NCBI GenBank assembly: GCA_963817895.1 | Contig: CAWFQB010000014.1 | Coordinates: forward strand, 1-64,000 | Origin: an uncultured Chthonomonadaceae bacterium | Lineage (GTDB): Bacteria > Armatimonadota > Chthonomonadetes > Chthonomonadales > Chthonomonadaceae | Reading direction: 5' to 3' | DNA length: 64,000 bases | Shown: piece after piece, positions 35,191 through 46,044 of the stretch | Numbering within the stretch: position 1 is the first letter of the stretch | Layout of the letters: every line of letters begins with the position of its first letter | Translations under genes and position numbers: made by a program | Notes under the pieces: model-generated | Told to the model about the DNA's origin: nothing | The model's input: the letters and a program-made list of their open reading frames with translations, nothing else | Database searches by the model: none

Positions 35191-36170
35191 GGCAAGCCTG
35201 CCCCGTTATTCGCCGCGTGGGTGCGAAAATCCTGCGCTTCAGAACCGGCAGCGAGAGGGAGAGTGGATTTAACAAGTTCCGGCAACTGTTTATGCGCGTC
35301 GCGTATGTCCTGATAATCCTGTTGGGATGTGGGCTGATCGCCGTACCAGCGGGCGTCGAACGCGGCGGCAAACGAGACGAGCAGGGCGTAAATCGGCTGA
35401 TTACGCGCCTGCTGAAGTTGGCGCAGGTAATCGCCATTGGTACGCGCCCGGTCGTAGGACAGCAATTCCGCGCTGTCAAGTTGCAGCAGCATGGCGAGGA
35501 AGACGGCGCGATAGGCGCGGCGGAAATCGCCCTGTCGCGCCCATTCTTCGGCCTGTGTCAGCCACACTCCTGCATCGCGCTCAATTTCCGCCAGAGCCTC
35601 CTCTTCGGCAGCCACCTTATGCGCCGGACGGGCGGCATATTCGCGGGGCGACCAATTGCGCAACATGCGGAATACAATCCACAACAGCCCGGCAGAGATA
35701 AGGGTCAGCAGGACGCCGATGACAAGATTACTGCCGCCGCGCAGCCCGCTTGTACGAAACAGGTGATCCCACCAGTCGCGGACGCGCTGCCATAAGCGGC
35801 GACCCTCCGCCATTTTGTCCCTGAGATAGTTGTCGTCAGGGGTATCCGGCTGAAATTCCTTGCTCCCTAAAATACGATTCAGATCGGCTTTCAGTTGGGA
35901 GGGCGGCGCAACGGACGCGCTTGAAGACGCAGGCGGATTTCCGGTAGCGGCGGGAGATTGCTGCGCCTGTACGGGGCGGGAACTGCATAGCCAAACTAGC
36001 AGGCAGGCAATGATAGTGGCCCTCACCCCCGCCCCTCTCCTACCAAACGTATTTCCAATGCGAAGCAGAAATACGAAACATGGGGGAGGGGAGGCTGGTT
36101 GATTGGTAGTTGGGGATGAAGAGTTAAATTTATAAAACTTATTATACAACTTTTGGAGGGAAAGGGGCAT
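35187..36170 (-). CDS. DUF4129-domain protein (start ATG 36170 coupled to upstream stop, or GTG about 36026)
   Basis: AEEWARQGDFRRAYR, RTNGDYLR, FDARWYG. Confidence 0.8.
   Translation of the reverse strand: MPLSLQKLYNKFYKFNSSSPTTNQPASPPPCFVFLLRIGNTFGRRGAGVRATIIACLLVWLCSSRPVQAQQSPAATGNPPASSSASVAPPSQLKADLNRILGSKEFQPDTPDDNYLRDKMAEGRRLWQRVRDWWDHLFRTSGLRGGSNLVIGVLLTLISAGLLWIVFRMLRNWSPREYAARPAHKVAAEEEALAEIERDAGVWLTQAEEWARQGDFRRAYRAVFLAMLLQLDSAELLSYDRARTNGDYLRQLQQARNQPIYALLVSFAAAFDARWYGDQPTSQQDYQDIRDAHKQLPELVKSTLPLAAGSEAQDFRTHAANNGAGLP
36019..36096 (+). repeat. REP-like palindrome lying in frame in the 5' end of the DUF4129 gene
   Basis: CCTCACCCCCGCCCCTCTCC...GGGGGAGGGGAGGC. Confidence 0.75.
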
Positions 36171-37240
36171 CAATGAATACCCTCCATTAAATCGGCAAGC
36201 AGGGTTATATCCATGCCGTCGCGGTGTATTCGGTAGTCGAAGTAGAGCACGTTGATGAAAATCAGCAGGTAGGGCTGTAGGAAGGTGATAAGTAACGCGC
36301 TGATGCCGGTTTCCACAATGAACGCGAGGGTGGGCGGCAGGGTGACAAGGGCAAGCAGGCCATTCAGCGACAGCAGTATCAGCATTTGTACGGTAAAAAA
36401 CACAATCGGCAGAAACACTATGGCGGCGAGAGTGCGGCGGGCGTGGGGATGTTTGACAAGCTGCCAGTTGCGGGCGGGGATTAGGGTGACAGGCGTGTCT
36501 TCCAGCACGAGCAGGGGCGTCGTGAACAGAAACCCGAACGCCAGAACGGTCATTACCGCCACATAAGGCATGAGCAGAAACACCAGCCCGATGATAACGC
36601 TGATGAGAGGAGGAACCACGCCATGCGACAGGCCGACCGCCAGCCCGATGAAGAAACCGGCGATTGATAAAATTATCAGGGCTATGAGAACAACGGCGGT
36701 TAAAACGAAAAACGTGACTGTCCAGCCGCCGAGAACGCGGGGAATGTGGCGGAAGGCACGGCGGCAGCAATCCGTCCAGCGGGGCGTTTGTCCCTGATAA
36801 ATGTCCGACAGCGCGATGGCAATGAGTACGCTGATGATAGCAAGGGCTACTATGGAAAGCAGGCCCGGAACCCCCCCCTGCGGAAAGCCTGTCAACGCGC
36901 CGCCCGTAATCAGGCCGAAACCCGCTCCTATATCGTCGGGGTGCGTATCCGTATAAGCGTTGAGCGGCTTGAGCCAGGCGTTGAACAGCAGGTAAAGGAG
37001 GGCTTGCAGTGGCAGCAGTATGACAGCGGCGAGGGTGAACAGGACACGGAAATAGGCGCGGTAGATGTCGAAAGCCAGATCAAAAACGCCGGCAATGCTG
37101 CGGGGCAGCAGCAATTCTTCAGCCGTGATGCGTGGCGACGTTTGAAGGGCTGCGCCTGCCGTAAGCGTCTGAGCAGGCTGCGCGGCATAAGCAGCGCTGC
37201 GATTTGCAAATGTGCGCGGTAATGGCTGTTGTATGGACAT
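36170..37240 (-). CDS. multi-pass membrane protein of the MoxR/DUF4350/DUF4129 cluster
   Basis: LLPRSIAGVFDLAFDIYR...LYFDYRIHRDGMDI; 6-7 TM helices. Confidence 0.75.
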   Translation of the reverse strand: MSIQQPLPRTFANRSAAYAAQPAQTLTAGAALQTSPRITAEELLLPRSIAGVFDLAFDIYRAYFRVLFTLAAVILLPLQALLYLLFNAWLKPLNAYTDTHPDDIGAGFGLITGGALTGFPQGGVPGLLSIVALAIISVLIAIALSDIYQGQTPRWTDCCRRAFRHIPRVLGGWTVTFFVLTAVVLIALIILSIAGFFIGLAVGLSHGVVPPLISVIIGLVFLLMPYVAVMTVLAFGFLFTTPLLVLEDTPVTLIPARNWQLVKHPHARRTLAAIVFLPIVFFTVQMLILLSLNGLLALVTLPPTLAFIVETGISALLITFLQPYLLIFINVLYFDYRIHRDGMDITLLADLMEGIH

Positions 37241-37274
37241 CAGGCGTTCGGTGTTCGGGTGTCGGCGTGAGTGT

Positions 37275-38357
37275 TTAGCCGTTCGGGTCTACGGGCGGCA
37301 GTTCGGGCGGCGCGGACGGGTTTTTGGGCGCAACCGTTGCGGTTTTGTGAATGGTGATGTGAACATTGACGGAGTCAACCGGATTGCCTTTGGTGTCCTG
37401 TACCTTGATGCCGTCGGGTACAATCAGGTCGGTCGTAATTTCGCGGGACTCGGTTTCGTTGCGCAGAGATATTCTCCGAGTGGCAAGGGTGAAAATGCGA
37501 TTGACGGCTTCCGTGTTGCCAGAGATTTTCACCTGTCGCGGCTCGACATCGCAGGTGAGAAACGCCCAGGGCGGCTGCGGATAGTCCGTGATGTTCGCGC
37601 TCACGGTGACAATGCGGGCGGGCGCGTCGGCCACAAGGGGGACGCTGACATGCACAAAGGTCGGCAGAACCTTCACGCTTTCCAAAACATTGCCGTCGTG
37701 GTCGCGCGGGAAAACGGGAAAAGAGCCTTTGATTTTGCCGTCTTCGGAGATGGTGTACAGGGCGCTGACACGATCCACCATATCTACCTGATCTTCGCGC
37801 CCGTTGAGCGTGACTTCGGGCGGGTCAAAAGCGGGCTTGCCATAGCGATACCCGGCAGGCGAAGGTTTTAAGGCAATGCTGACGGCTTTGGTTCGCGCGA
37901 CGCTGGCTATCAGGCGAAACTTGAACGCATTGTTGGTCTGGTCAATGCTTAACTGCGCCATTTGCTCCGGCGTGAGTTTGGGAATGGACGGCGTGAGCTG
38001 TACGAGCGATTGGTTTTTAACCGGACTGAGCGGTTTGTTCTGGAAGTTCGCATAAGCGTGAATATCGCCGTCTTTGATGGTTTCCATGAGGGGACGCGGC
38101 CCGCTGACGCTGAATGTAACCGTGTGCTGCGTGGTGTCTACGACGGCCCCAGCGGGAACCTGCTGATGGATAATGTCTGCGGTGAATTCCCGCGTGACGT
38201 TAGGATTGTGTTCGGCCTGCACAAAGACATACAGGCAGACGGCGGCGATCAGAGAGACTATTTTCAGGCGCATGTTTTCCCGCAGCCGGGCGGTAAGCGC
38301 GGTCTTCTGTCGCCGTATGGCCTGTTGGGTTTGTACGTTGGGGCGATAAATGCTCAT
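37275..38357 (-). CDS. cdaR: YbbR-domain regulator of diadenylate cyclase
   Basis: ENMRLKIVSLIAAVCLYVFV, repeated VTxxG YbbR domains; downstream of cdaA. Confidence 0.85.
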   Translation of the reverse strand: MSIYRPNVQTQQAIRRQKTALTARLRENMRLKIVSLIAAVCLYVFVQAEHNPNVTREFTADIIHQQVPAGAVVDTTQHTVTFSVSGPRPLMETIKDGDIHAYANFQNKPLSPVKNQSLVQLTPSIPKLTPEQMAQLSIDQTNNAFKFRLIASVARTKAVSIALKPSPAGYRYGKPAFDPPEVTLNGREDQVDMVDRVSALYTISEDGKIKGSFPVFPRDHDGNVLESVKVLPTFVHVSVPLVADAPARIVTVSANITDYPQPPWAFLTCDVEPRQVKISGNTEAVNRIFTLATRRISLRNETESREITTDLIVPDGIKVQDTKGNPVDSVNVHITIHKTATVAPKNPSAPPELPPVDPNG

Positions 38358-38421
38358 GGCCTGATCAATTACGCGGATGTGGGCGTGATAAATCTCGCCA
38401 TTATGTGGATAGGTGATGCCT

Positions 38422-39240
38422 TTAAGCCTGCGCTCGTTTGCGTCCAATGAGGCCTTCCGGCGGTTGCAGCAGCCGGTTCAGGCGGTCGCGCAACACCTCT
38501 TCCTTCAGTCCGCGTCCCACGAATTTGCCGTCGGCGACAATGGAGATAATACCCGTTTCTTCGGAAACAACCACCACGACCGCATCGCTGTTTTCCGACA
38601 TGCCCAGCGCGGCTTTGTGGCGGGTATGAACGGCAGCATCCAGTTTCGGCCTGTCTGTCAGAGGCAGGATACATTCGGCTGCGGCGACGCGCCCCGTACG
38701 AATAATAACCGCCCCATCGTGCAGCGCTGTGCCTTTATAGAAAATGGTGTCCAGAAGTTCTATGCTGACCAGAGCATCCATGCGCGTTCCGGTCTGAATG
38801 ATCTCATCCAACCCCGTTTGCCGCTCGAAAACAATCAGCGCGCCCACGCGGTTGGCTCCCAACTTGATGACTGTCTGGACAACCGTATCAATCATTTCGC
38901 TGACGTCTTCGCGGTTGAGCAGACTCAAGCCGCGACTCCAGAAGCGCGGCCCGAACTCCTCCAGCGCGTGCCGCAGTTCGGGATAAAACAGGATGACGAT
39001 GGCGACCGGGCCGAGAGGAACCACCTGCTTGAGCAGCCAGTTCAGCGTGTCCAGATGCAGACGTTCGCTGAGATACAGCGCGAGTACCAGCGTCCCCAGT
39101 CCCCCCAGTATTTGCAGGGCGCGCGTCCCGCGCACCAGCAGCAGCAGGCGGTAGAGGAGGTAGGCGACCACCATAATGTCAAGGAGGCCAATCCAGGTAC
39201 TGCCTCCACGCAGCGCGGCGTGGAGTTGTTGTAGGCTCAT
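38422..39240 (-). CDS. cdaA: diadenylate cyclase CdaA/DacA
   Basis: 3 TM, FYPELRHALE, GALIVFER, LHDGA, TRHKAA, VSEETG. Confidence 0.93.
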   Translation of the reverse strand: MSLQQLHAALRGGSTWIGLLDIMVVAYLLYRLLLLVRGTRALQILGGLGTLVLALYLSERLHLDTLNWLLKQVVPLGPVAIVILFYPELRHALEEFGPRFWSRGLSLLNREDVSEMIDTVVQTVIKLGANRVGALIVFERQTGLDEIIQTGTRMDALVSIELLDTIFYKGTALHDGAVIIRTGRVAAAECILPLTDRPKLDAAVHTRHKAALGMSENSDAVVVVVSEETGIISIVADGKFVGRGLKEEVLRDRLNRLLQPPEGLIGRKRAQA

Positions 39241-39505
39241 AACGGCAACTCCTGATCCAATCGCTTGCGCTGTCGTATGCAGGCTGTGTGGGAGCAATCG
39301 GGAAAAGCATGAGTCCGGCGCGAAAACGTTTTATAAAATCCTTCTTACAGTATAGCACAGACAGGGGCGGGCGGCAACAAAAAAGCGCGGCAATTCACCC
39401 CGGCTTTGGAATAAAAAATAGGTGTACATATCTCAACGCGAAGAACAAAATACGCCTGAAGCAACACTATTTTCCATTTTTTTACGGAAAACAGGCGCAA
39501 AGTGG

Positions 39506-39536
39506 TTGACAAACACGCGGGCTATTCCGTTATTAT
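39506..39536 (+). promoter_or_regulatory. possible sigma-70 promoter of LysM-NlpC gene
   Basis: TTGACA...TATTAT with a 19-bp spacer. Confidence 0.4.
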
Positions 39537-39802
39537 GGCGGTGAAGAGGATGCAATGTGAAACAATTCACATCCTGATGGTGAATTACGCATCCATGAGG
39601 CGAGTTGAACCACCCTTGCCGAGACTTTAGAATTCCCAAACTATCTGAAACCGAAGTCATTCCGACTTTGCCCCGTGTTGTCGGCCCCATGCCGCGCAAA
39701 CCCCTATTTCGTCATTACGCAGACTGGGTTTGCCCTGCCCCGACGCCTGACAGCGCCCGGCTTCAATGCCCTCCACAGGAAGGAATACCTGCGTTGCAAA
39801 TC

Positions 39803-41231
39803 ATGCAATCCACCGGAATTCGCTGGACGCGCCTTTGCGTCGCTTCCTCCGCCACCGCTCTTTTCGCTTCTGCTTCCCTGAGCGCGTTCGCCACGCAAAA
39901 ACACGCGCTTCAGCCCGGCGAAACCCTCGATGCTCTGGCCCGCAGATACCACGTTTCGGTTCCCGACTTGATCCGCGCCAACAACATTGAGAATCAGGAC
40001 GCGATTCCCGATGGGCGCGTGTTGACAATTCCCGATCCCCCGCGCAGTCTTCTATGCCGAGCCGGGAATTGCATCATGCAGCGCATGTCAGCAAAGACAG
40101 CGCATCTGTTCGGTTTGGGACCGGGACTGGAATATCGCCGCGCCAACTTTGTTTACGAGGGAGATGCGGTCACGGTCACGGCGGAGCGCGAGGGGTGGGC
40201 GCAGATCGAAGTCCGAGGGCGGCGTAAAAGGGCTGGATACTGAAAAGCCTGCTGCACGGCGCGAAGGGCAATGTGGAGGGGGCGCAAACCGCGTCTCGTA
40301 ACCGGGAGCAGGAGCCGAAACATTCGCGCAAGCCGGTTCACCACGCGGCGATGACAGCGGCGGAAGAGGATCGCAGTCGGGCGCGTAAAGTGGCGCGGCT
40401 GCAATCGGGTAAGAACACGGCGCATCACAAACGCCACGCGCAGGAGCAGGAGCCGGTCAAAACGCATAAGGCGCATGAGGAGCGGGAAGTGGCCGCGCAC
40501 AGCAGTCACAAGCGCAAACATGCCGCGCAGGTCGCGCGCATCGAGCATGAGACGGCAAAAGCGCGGCGGCATCACCATACGGAAGACAGCGAGCTTGCGG
40601 TAAGCAGCCATAAGCGCGTGGCAAAGCGGCATGACAGTGGCGGTATAGACGCATGTCGCTAAAGCGCGGCATCACGCGGAAGCCGCGAACATCTTGCGCG
40701 GCTCGCAAAACAGAACACAGCATCAGGAGGCGCATCTGGCGAATGTCACGCGCCGCAAGAGCCGCCACCATGCCGAAGTGGTGAACCGGCAGGTCACGGT
40801 AACGCATCACAGCCGTAAAACGAGAGTGGCGGAAGCGGAAATGCCGCAGGCTTCCAGCGACATCGTTCGTACGGCGTATGCGTATCGCGGAACGCCGTAT
40901 GTGTGGGGGGGCGAGCGTCCGGGCGGGTTCGACTGCTCCGGGTTCACGCTGCACCTGATGGGCAAAAAAGGCGTGTCGCTGCCGCACTCGGCCCGCGCGC
41001 AGTTCAACATGGGCCACAAAGTAGACCGCAACGGCATGAAACCGGGCGATCTGGTCTTCTTCCATACCGTGACGCCGGGTATTTCGCATGTGCGGCATGT
41101 ATGTCGGCAATGGCAAGTTCGTCCATGCGTCGAGTCGGCGTTCCGGCGGCGTCCGCGTGGACAGTCTGGAAGGCGGCTACTACAGCAAAGCATTCCGGGG
41201 CGCGCGCCGGATGCGCAAAAGCGACGATTAG
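39803..41231 (+). CDS. secreted LysM-SH3-NlpC/P60 peptidoglycan endopeptidase with His/Arg/Lys-rich linker (frameshifted)
   Basis: Signal peptide, QPGETLDALARRY, EREGWAQI, GTPYVWGG..GFDCSG, PGDLVFF, SHVGMYVG. Confidence 0.88.
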
Positions 41232-41236
41232 TTTTT

Positions 41237-41285
41237 ACCTCACCCCAACCCCTCTCCTTGCCGCGCAACGCGCTGGGAGAGGGGC
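41237..41285 (+). repeat. REP-like palindrome, subfamily A (followed by T run; may act as terminator)
   Basis: CCTCACCCCAACCCCTCTCC...GGGAGAGGGGCTTTTT. Confidence 0.85.
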
Positions 41286-41564
41286 TTTTTGTTTTCTTAC
41301 ATCAGAACCATGCAGATTAGGGGACTCTCAACAAAAACGTTGTAGATGTCGTGTTCACCAAATTCAAGGCAGAGCAACAAGGAAACGGGAATAAAAGCGG
41401 GAGGTTGTTCGTTTCATATTGTAGAGGCAAGTTTGAACTTTCTAGTTCTTAACGTGTCATCAGAAGCCGGCATTTTGGGCTGATATGTGGAAACGTGTGC
41501 AACATTACTCCTGCGGCAGTGTCCTAAATTGAAGATAAGACTTGTGACAAAAGGAAACCTCCTC

Positions 41565-42487
41565 GTGTTTTTTGCTATTTCATTTTCGATTCAACAGCGG
41601 CGTTTTATCCTGCCGCAATCGTTCCTGCGCCTGCAAATCGGTTTGCTGCTTGTAATTGGGTGTATCGGCGTTGTGCCGCGCGCTTTTGCGAAGCCGACGT
41701 TTCCCGCTGTGGTGACGGATGCGTATCATCCCAAAGCGGGCGGGAAAGTGGCGGGCGCGGCGCAGTCGTGCCAGTTGTGCCATACGGGGCCACCCAAACT
41801 GAATGTGTATGGCGCGGATGTAAAGGCCGCGCTTCGGAAGCGCACATACAAAAACGCTGACGCCCGGCAATTTTACATTCGCTGGACATGAAAGATTCGG
41901 ACGGCGACGGCTTTGATAACGCGGCGGAGTATGCGGCGGACACGCTGCCGGGGGATGCGAGCAGTAAGCCTGCGGGAACGCTGCCCCCGCCAAAAACCGA
42001 TGCTGCCGCCAAAACGTCTAATGCGCCCGCCGAAAGTGAAAACCCGTTTGACCTGCATACTCTGCTGCTGCCCAAACACGCGCAACATCCCGTTATCGTG
42101 CATTTCCCCATCGCGTTGTTTGTCATCAGCTTGTTTTTCGATTTGATCGCGTTTCGGCGCAGGGATCGCGCCCTTGCCGCTGCAGGGTATCTGAACCTGA
42201 CCGTTGCTGCCGCAACGTCGCCCCTTGCGATTATAACAGGGCTGCTGGCCTGGCAGTTCGCGTATGGCGGCATTTCTGTTGCCTCGTTTCAGGGGACTCT
42301 TGCGCAACATCTTGTTCTTGGCGTGGTATCCACTGTCCTTATCTGGGTGCTTTGGGGGATGCGTTTCAGCAAGCGGCGGGAAGGCATCGGGGAAGTGAAA
42401 TCAACGTATATCGTTCTCGGCCTGATCGCGCTGATGATCATTTCCATAGCGGGACATTTAGGCGGGTATCTGAGCGGCGTGAATTAG
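41565..42487 (+). CDS. c-type heme domain fused to DUF2231-like membrane domain (frameshifted)
   Basis: Signal peptide, CQLCH..LNVYG, DSDGDG..N..E..PGD, HPVIVHFPIAL, GHLGGYL. Confidence 0.75.
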
Positions 42488-42489
42488 TA

Positions 42490-42538
42490 GCCCTCAACCC
42501 CCAACCCCTTCTCCCAAAAAAGCTTGGGAGAAGGGGAG
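42490..42538 (+). repeat. REP-like palindrome, subfamily B
   Basis: CCCTCAACCCC...CTCCCAAAAAAGCTTGGGAGAAGGGG. Confidence 0.85.
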
Positions 42539-42769
42539 TCTGTTGAGAAGGGATTTTATGTAGGGGTTAGCCGCGAATGAACGCGAATACAGGCAAGCAA
42601 ACAATTTGCGATTATTGCGGGAGATTTCGCGCAGGAATTTGGGGCGCGTGGTACAATACTCTACTAACGAATTTTGTTGAGAGGGGCTGTTGACAGACTG
42701 CCGTATGTAGATTGCGCGCGTTTGTTCTACGGCTCTACGATTGTTTGCATTTCAGGGAGAACTTCCACT

Positions 42770-44211
42770 ATGAATCGAAGGGATTTTCTGGTCAATACGA
42801 CTGCCGCGTCTTTGACCGGCGCGCTGGCGATTAGCGGCTCGGAAGCGTTCGGCGCGGGGAAAGATGCCAAAGGCAAAGCGACCCCGGCGGCTGCAAAGGA
42901 TGCGCAGACCGCCAAAGACCTGCAAAACAAAGTGGCTGCGGGCAAAGCGGCCCGCGCTGAAAAGCCCAAAAGCCCGGTGAACTGCGCCGTTATCGGATTG
43001 GGCGAACAGGGTAGCGCCATACTGGAAACGCTTAACAACATGGGGACGGGCGCTCCCATTGTCGCGATCTGCGATACCTACAAATCTCCGGGTTTCCTGA
43101 AAAAAGTCAAAGAACACTTTCACAACGATAAAGTGGCGGTGTACGACGATTATAAGCAGGTTCTGGACGACAAAAGCGTTCAGGCCGTGTTTATCGCTAC
43201 GCCCACGCTACAAGCATAAGCAGATCGCTCTGGACGCGATTGCGGCGGGCAAGCATGTGTATCTGGAAGCGCCGATTGCCGTAGATTTGGAAGAGGCGAA
43301 AGCTATTACCAAAGCGGGAATGGCGGCGAAAACCATTTATCAGCCCGGTTTGCAGATGCGCTCCAACATGCAGTACCGGCACGTCATGCACTTTATCAAG
43401 GGCAAGGTTCTCGGCGATTTGACGATGGGGCGGTCGCAGTGGCATTTGCGCAACAGTTGGCGGCGCGTGGCTCCCAATGATGCGCGGCAGGCGGCTCTCA
43501 ACTGGCGGCTGTCTCAGGAAACTTCACACGGCTTGATGGGCGAGGTCGGGATACATCAACTGGATGTGGCGGGTGGTATCTCGGCGCGGCGATGCAGTCC
43601 ACAATCGGACCCGAACGCGGAACAGAAACAGGAGCATGTCAACCTGCTGCCCGCTCGCGATTTCCGGCAACGGCGGTATTTTGGGCTGGAAAGATGGCCG
43701 CGATACGCAGGATACGGTTCAGTGCGTCCTTGAGTACCCGGGCAATCTGCGCTTTATGTACGATGCCACGCTGACAAACGGCTTTGACGGCGTTTACGAT
43801 ACCTTCTATGGCACGGCTTCGGCTGTGCAACTGCGGGATCAGCGCGCGTGGATGTTCAAAGAGGCGGATGCGAACCCGCTTGGCTGGGAAACGTTTGCGC
43901 GTAAGGACGCGCTGAGTTTCGGCAAGCCCGAAAATGGTACGGGCCTGAAGGTAACAGAGGGCATCGCGCTGGTTGCCGACGCGACGAAGCAGATCAAACT
44001 TGGCCTTCAGCCGGGTGAAGTCGGCACGGACGTTACCAAAACGTCGCTGTACCAGTCGCTCGACGGCTTTCTGGACAGCATTCGCAACAGCACCAAGCCC
44101 TGGGTGACGCCGGAAGAGGGGTTTCAGGCGACCGTGCTGGCGGCGAAAGTCAGTGAAGCGTGTTTGAAGAACACGCGCATCGAAGTGCAAAAAGAGTGGT
44201 TTGTGATTTAG
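42770..44211 (+). CDS. Tat-exported Gfo/Idh/MocA oxidoreductase 1 (frameshifted)
   Basis: MNRRDFL, AVIGLGEQG, FIATP, KHVYLEAP, LNWRL, GLMGEVGIHQLD. Confidence 0.87.
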
Positions 44212-44268
44212 TTTGTGAGCGGCGCGGTGACAGTCAAGACACTGTTGCCGCGTTGTTTAGAGATAATT

Positions 44269-44312
44269 GCCCTCACCCCAACCCCTCTCCCAAAAAGGCA
44301 TGGGAGAGGGGC
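44269..44312 (+). repeat. REP-like palindrome
   Basis: CCCTCACCCCAACCCCTCTCCCAAAAAGGCATGGGAGAGGGG. Confidence 0.85.
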
Positions 44313-44356
44313 TAATCTCAAACTTTGAAGACGGAACGCAAAGGAGCAGGCACGAC

Positions 44357-45762
44357 ATGAGTGACCATCAGGATACGAAACAGACTACCCGGCGCGTGTT
44401 TTTACGCAATGCGGCGGTGGGCGCGGCGGGAGTTGCCGCTCTGAGCAGCATGCCGACCACAGCAGAAGCGATGCGACGGGTTATGGGCGCGAACAGCCGC
44501 GTCAACATCGGGCATATCGGTGTGGGAACGCAGGGCTTTACCGCGCATGTGCGCCTCATCAATCAGATGGCGACGGATAATAATACGGCGCAGCTTGCCG
44601 TTTGCGACCTGTACGGACGCCGTATTCGCAAGGCGCAGGACTTCCTGAAGTTGCAGGACAGCCAGACGTATACGAACTACAAGAAGTTGCTGGAAATCAA
44701 GGACATTGACGCGGTTGTTATCGCCACTTCGGACAACTGGCACGCGCAATGCTCCATTGACGCGCTGAACGCGGGCAAGCACGTTTATGTGGAAAAGCCG
44801 CTGTGCCGCACAGTTGATGAAATTTTCGCGGTATACGATGCGGTGAAGAAGAGCGGCAAGAAATTGCAGGTTGGGGCGCAACGCTGCACCTCGCCCAAGT
44901 ACCGCGCGGTTGCCGATCTGGTGAAATCCGGTAAGTACGGGCATATCGTGGTAGGACAGGCAACGTTTACGCGCAACACGCCTGCCGGCGAGTGGAACAA
45001 CTACGGCGAGTTCGATCTGGATGCCGGGCCGACAGCAACCGGGGACGCGCACATTGATTGGGATACGTTCCGCAAGGGAGCCGAGCCTGCCAAATTGGAC
45101 CCGGATCGCTATCTTCCGGTGGCGCAAATACTATGAGTACGCTTCCGGGCTTATCGGCGACCTGTTTCCGCACCACCTGCATCCGCTGTTGATTGCAATG
45201 AACATTCCCATGACCGGCGATCAGGGTTGGCCGCGCCGCGTATCGTCAGGCGGCGGATTGTACGTGCAGAAGTACGTGGCAGTGGATCGCTACACGGATG
45301 CGGACGCGGCGAAGAAGGAAAAAGAGTACCTCGCCAAATACCATCCGGGCCAGACCAAAGTAATGGATCGCGGAAGTGCCGGATTTCGTGAACATGAGCG
45401 TGGACTTTGACGATTGCTCTCTGATGATGATGGCGTCCTCCATCAACGAAGAGGGCTGGCCGACGACGATTCGCCTGAACAAAGCGAATATCAACTTCGG
45501 CAGCAACAAGATCGTGGTCAAGCCGGAGCGCGTGTACTCGGAAGAGGTGGACGACTACAGCGCGGACGCGCCGGGGGAAGACGACAACATTCCGGGGCAT
45601 CAGAAGAACTGGCTGGAGGCTATTCGCAACAACACGCAGCCGAGCGCGAATATCGAACTCGCGGCGCGGACACAGGTTGCGGTGACCCTGGCCGAACTGT
45701 CGCAGCGCAACAGCAAGACCTACACATTCGATCCGAAGACCCGTAAAGTAAACGGGGGTTAG
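44357..45762 (+). CDS. Tat-exported Gfo/Idh/MocA oxidoreductase 2 (frameshifted)
   Basis: TRRVFL, GANSRVNIGHIGVG, DAVVIATSDNWH, KHVYVEKP, FRWRKYYEY..G. Confidence 0.88.
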
Positions 45763-45765
45763 TTG

Positions 45766-46043
45766 ACCTCACCCCGGGCGTCCACCCGCAGGGAAGGACA
45801 CCCCTCTCCTTGCCGCGCAACGCGCCAGGAGAGGGGCTTTTTTGTGACTGCAATTTACTGTGGCGAAGAATGTCTATGTTTTTGCGTATTGAGAAATAGC
45901 AAGCTTCAAACATTGGAGAGGTTGCTGAATCGAAAAGACTTTAACAGCATGAAAAGCCCCTCCCCTAGCGTTATGAAGCGCGTCTGCTTCGCTATGACGC
46001 GCTCATTGAAGTTGCGCGGCAAGGAGAGGGGTTGGGGTGAGGT
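45766..46043. repeat. inverted pair of REP-like palindromes (45766-45837 forward, 45956-46043 reverse)
   Basis: Both share the CCCCTCTCCTTGCCGCGCAAC core, in opposite orientations. Confidence 0.8.
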
Positions 46044-46044
46044 A

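Noticed and set aside
39540..39800. Canonical c-di-AMP (ydaO) or c-di-GMP-I riboswitch
   Set aside because: Conserved cores (GCTGAATCC/CAGCTAAC; GGGACGCAAAGC) not found by eye
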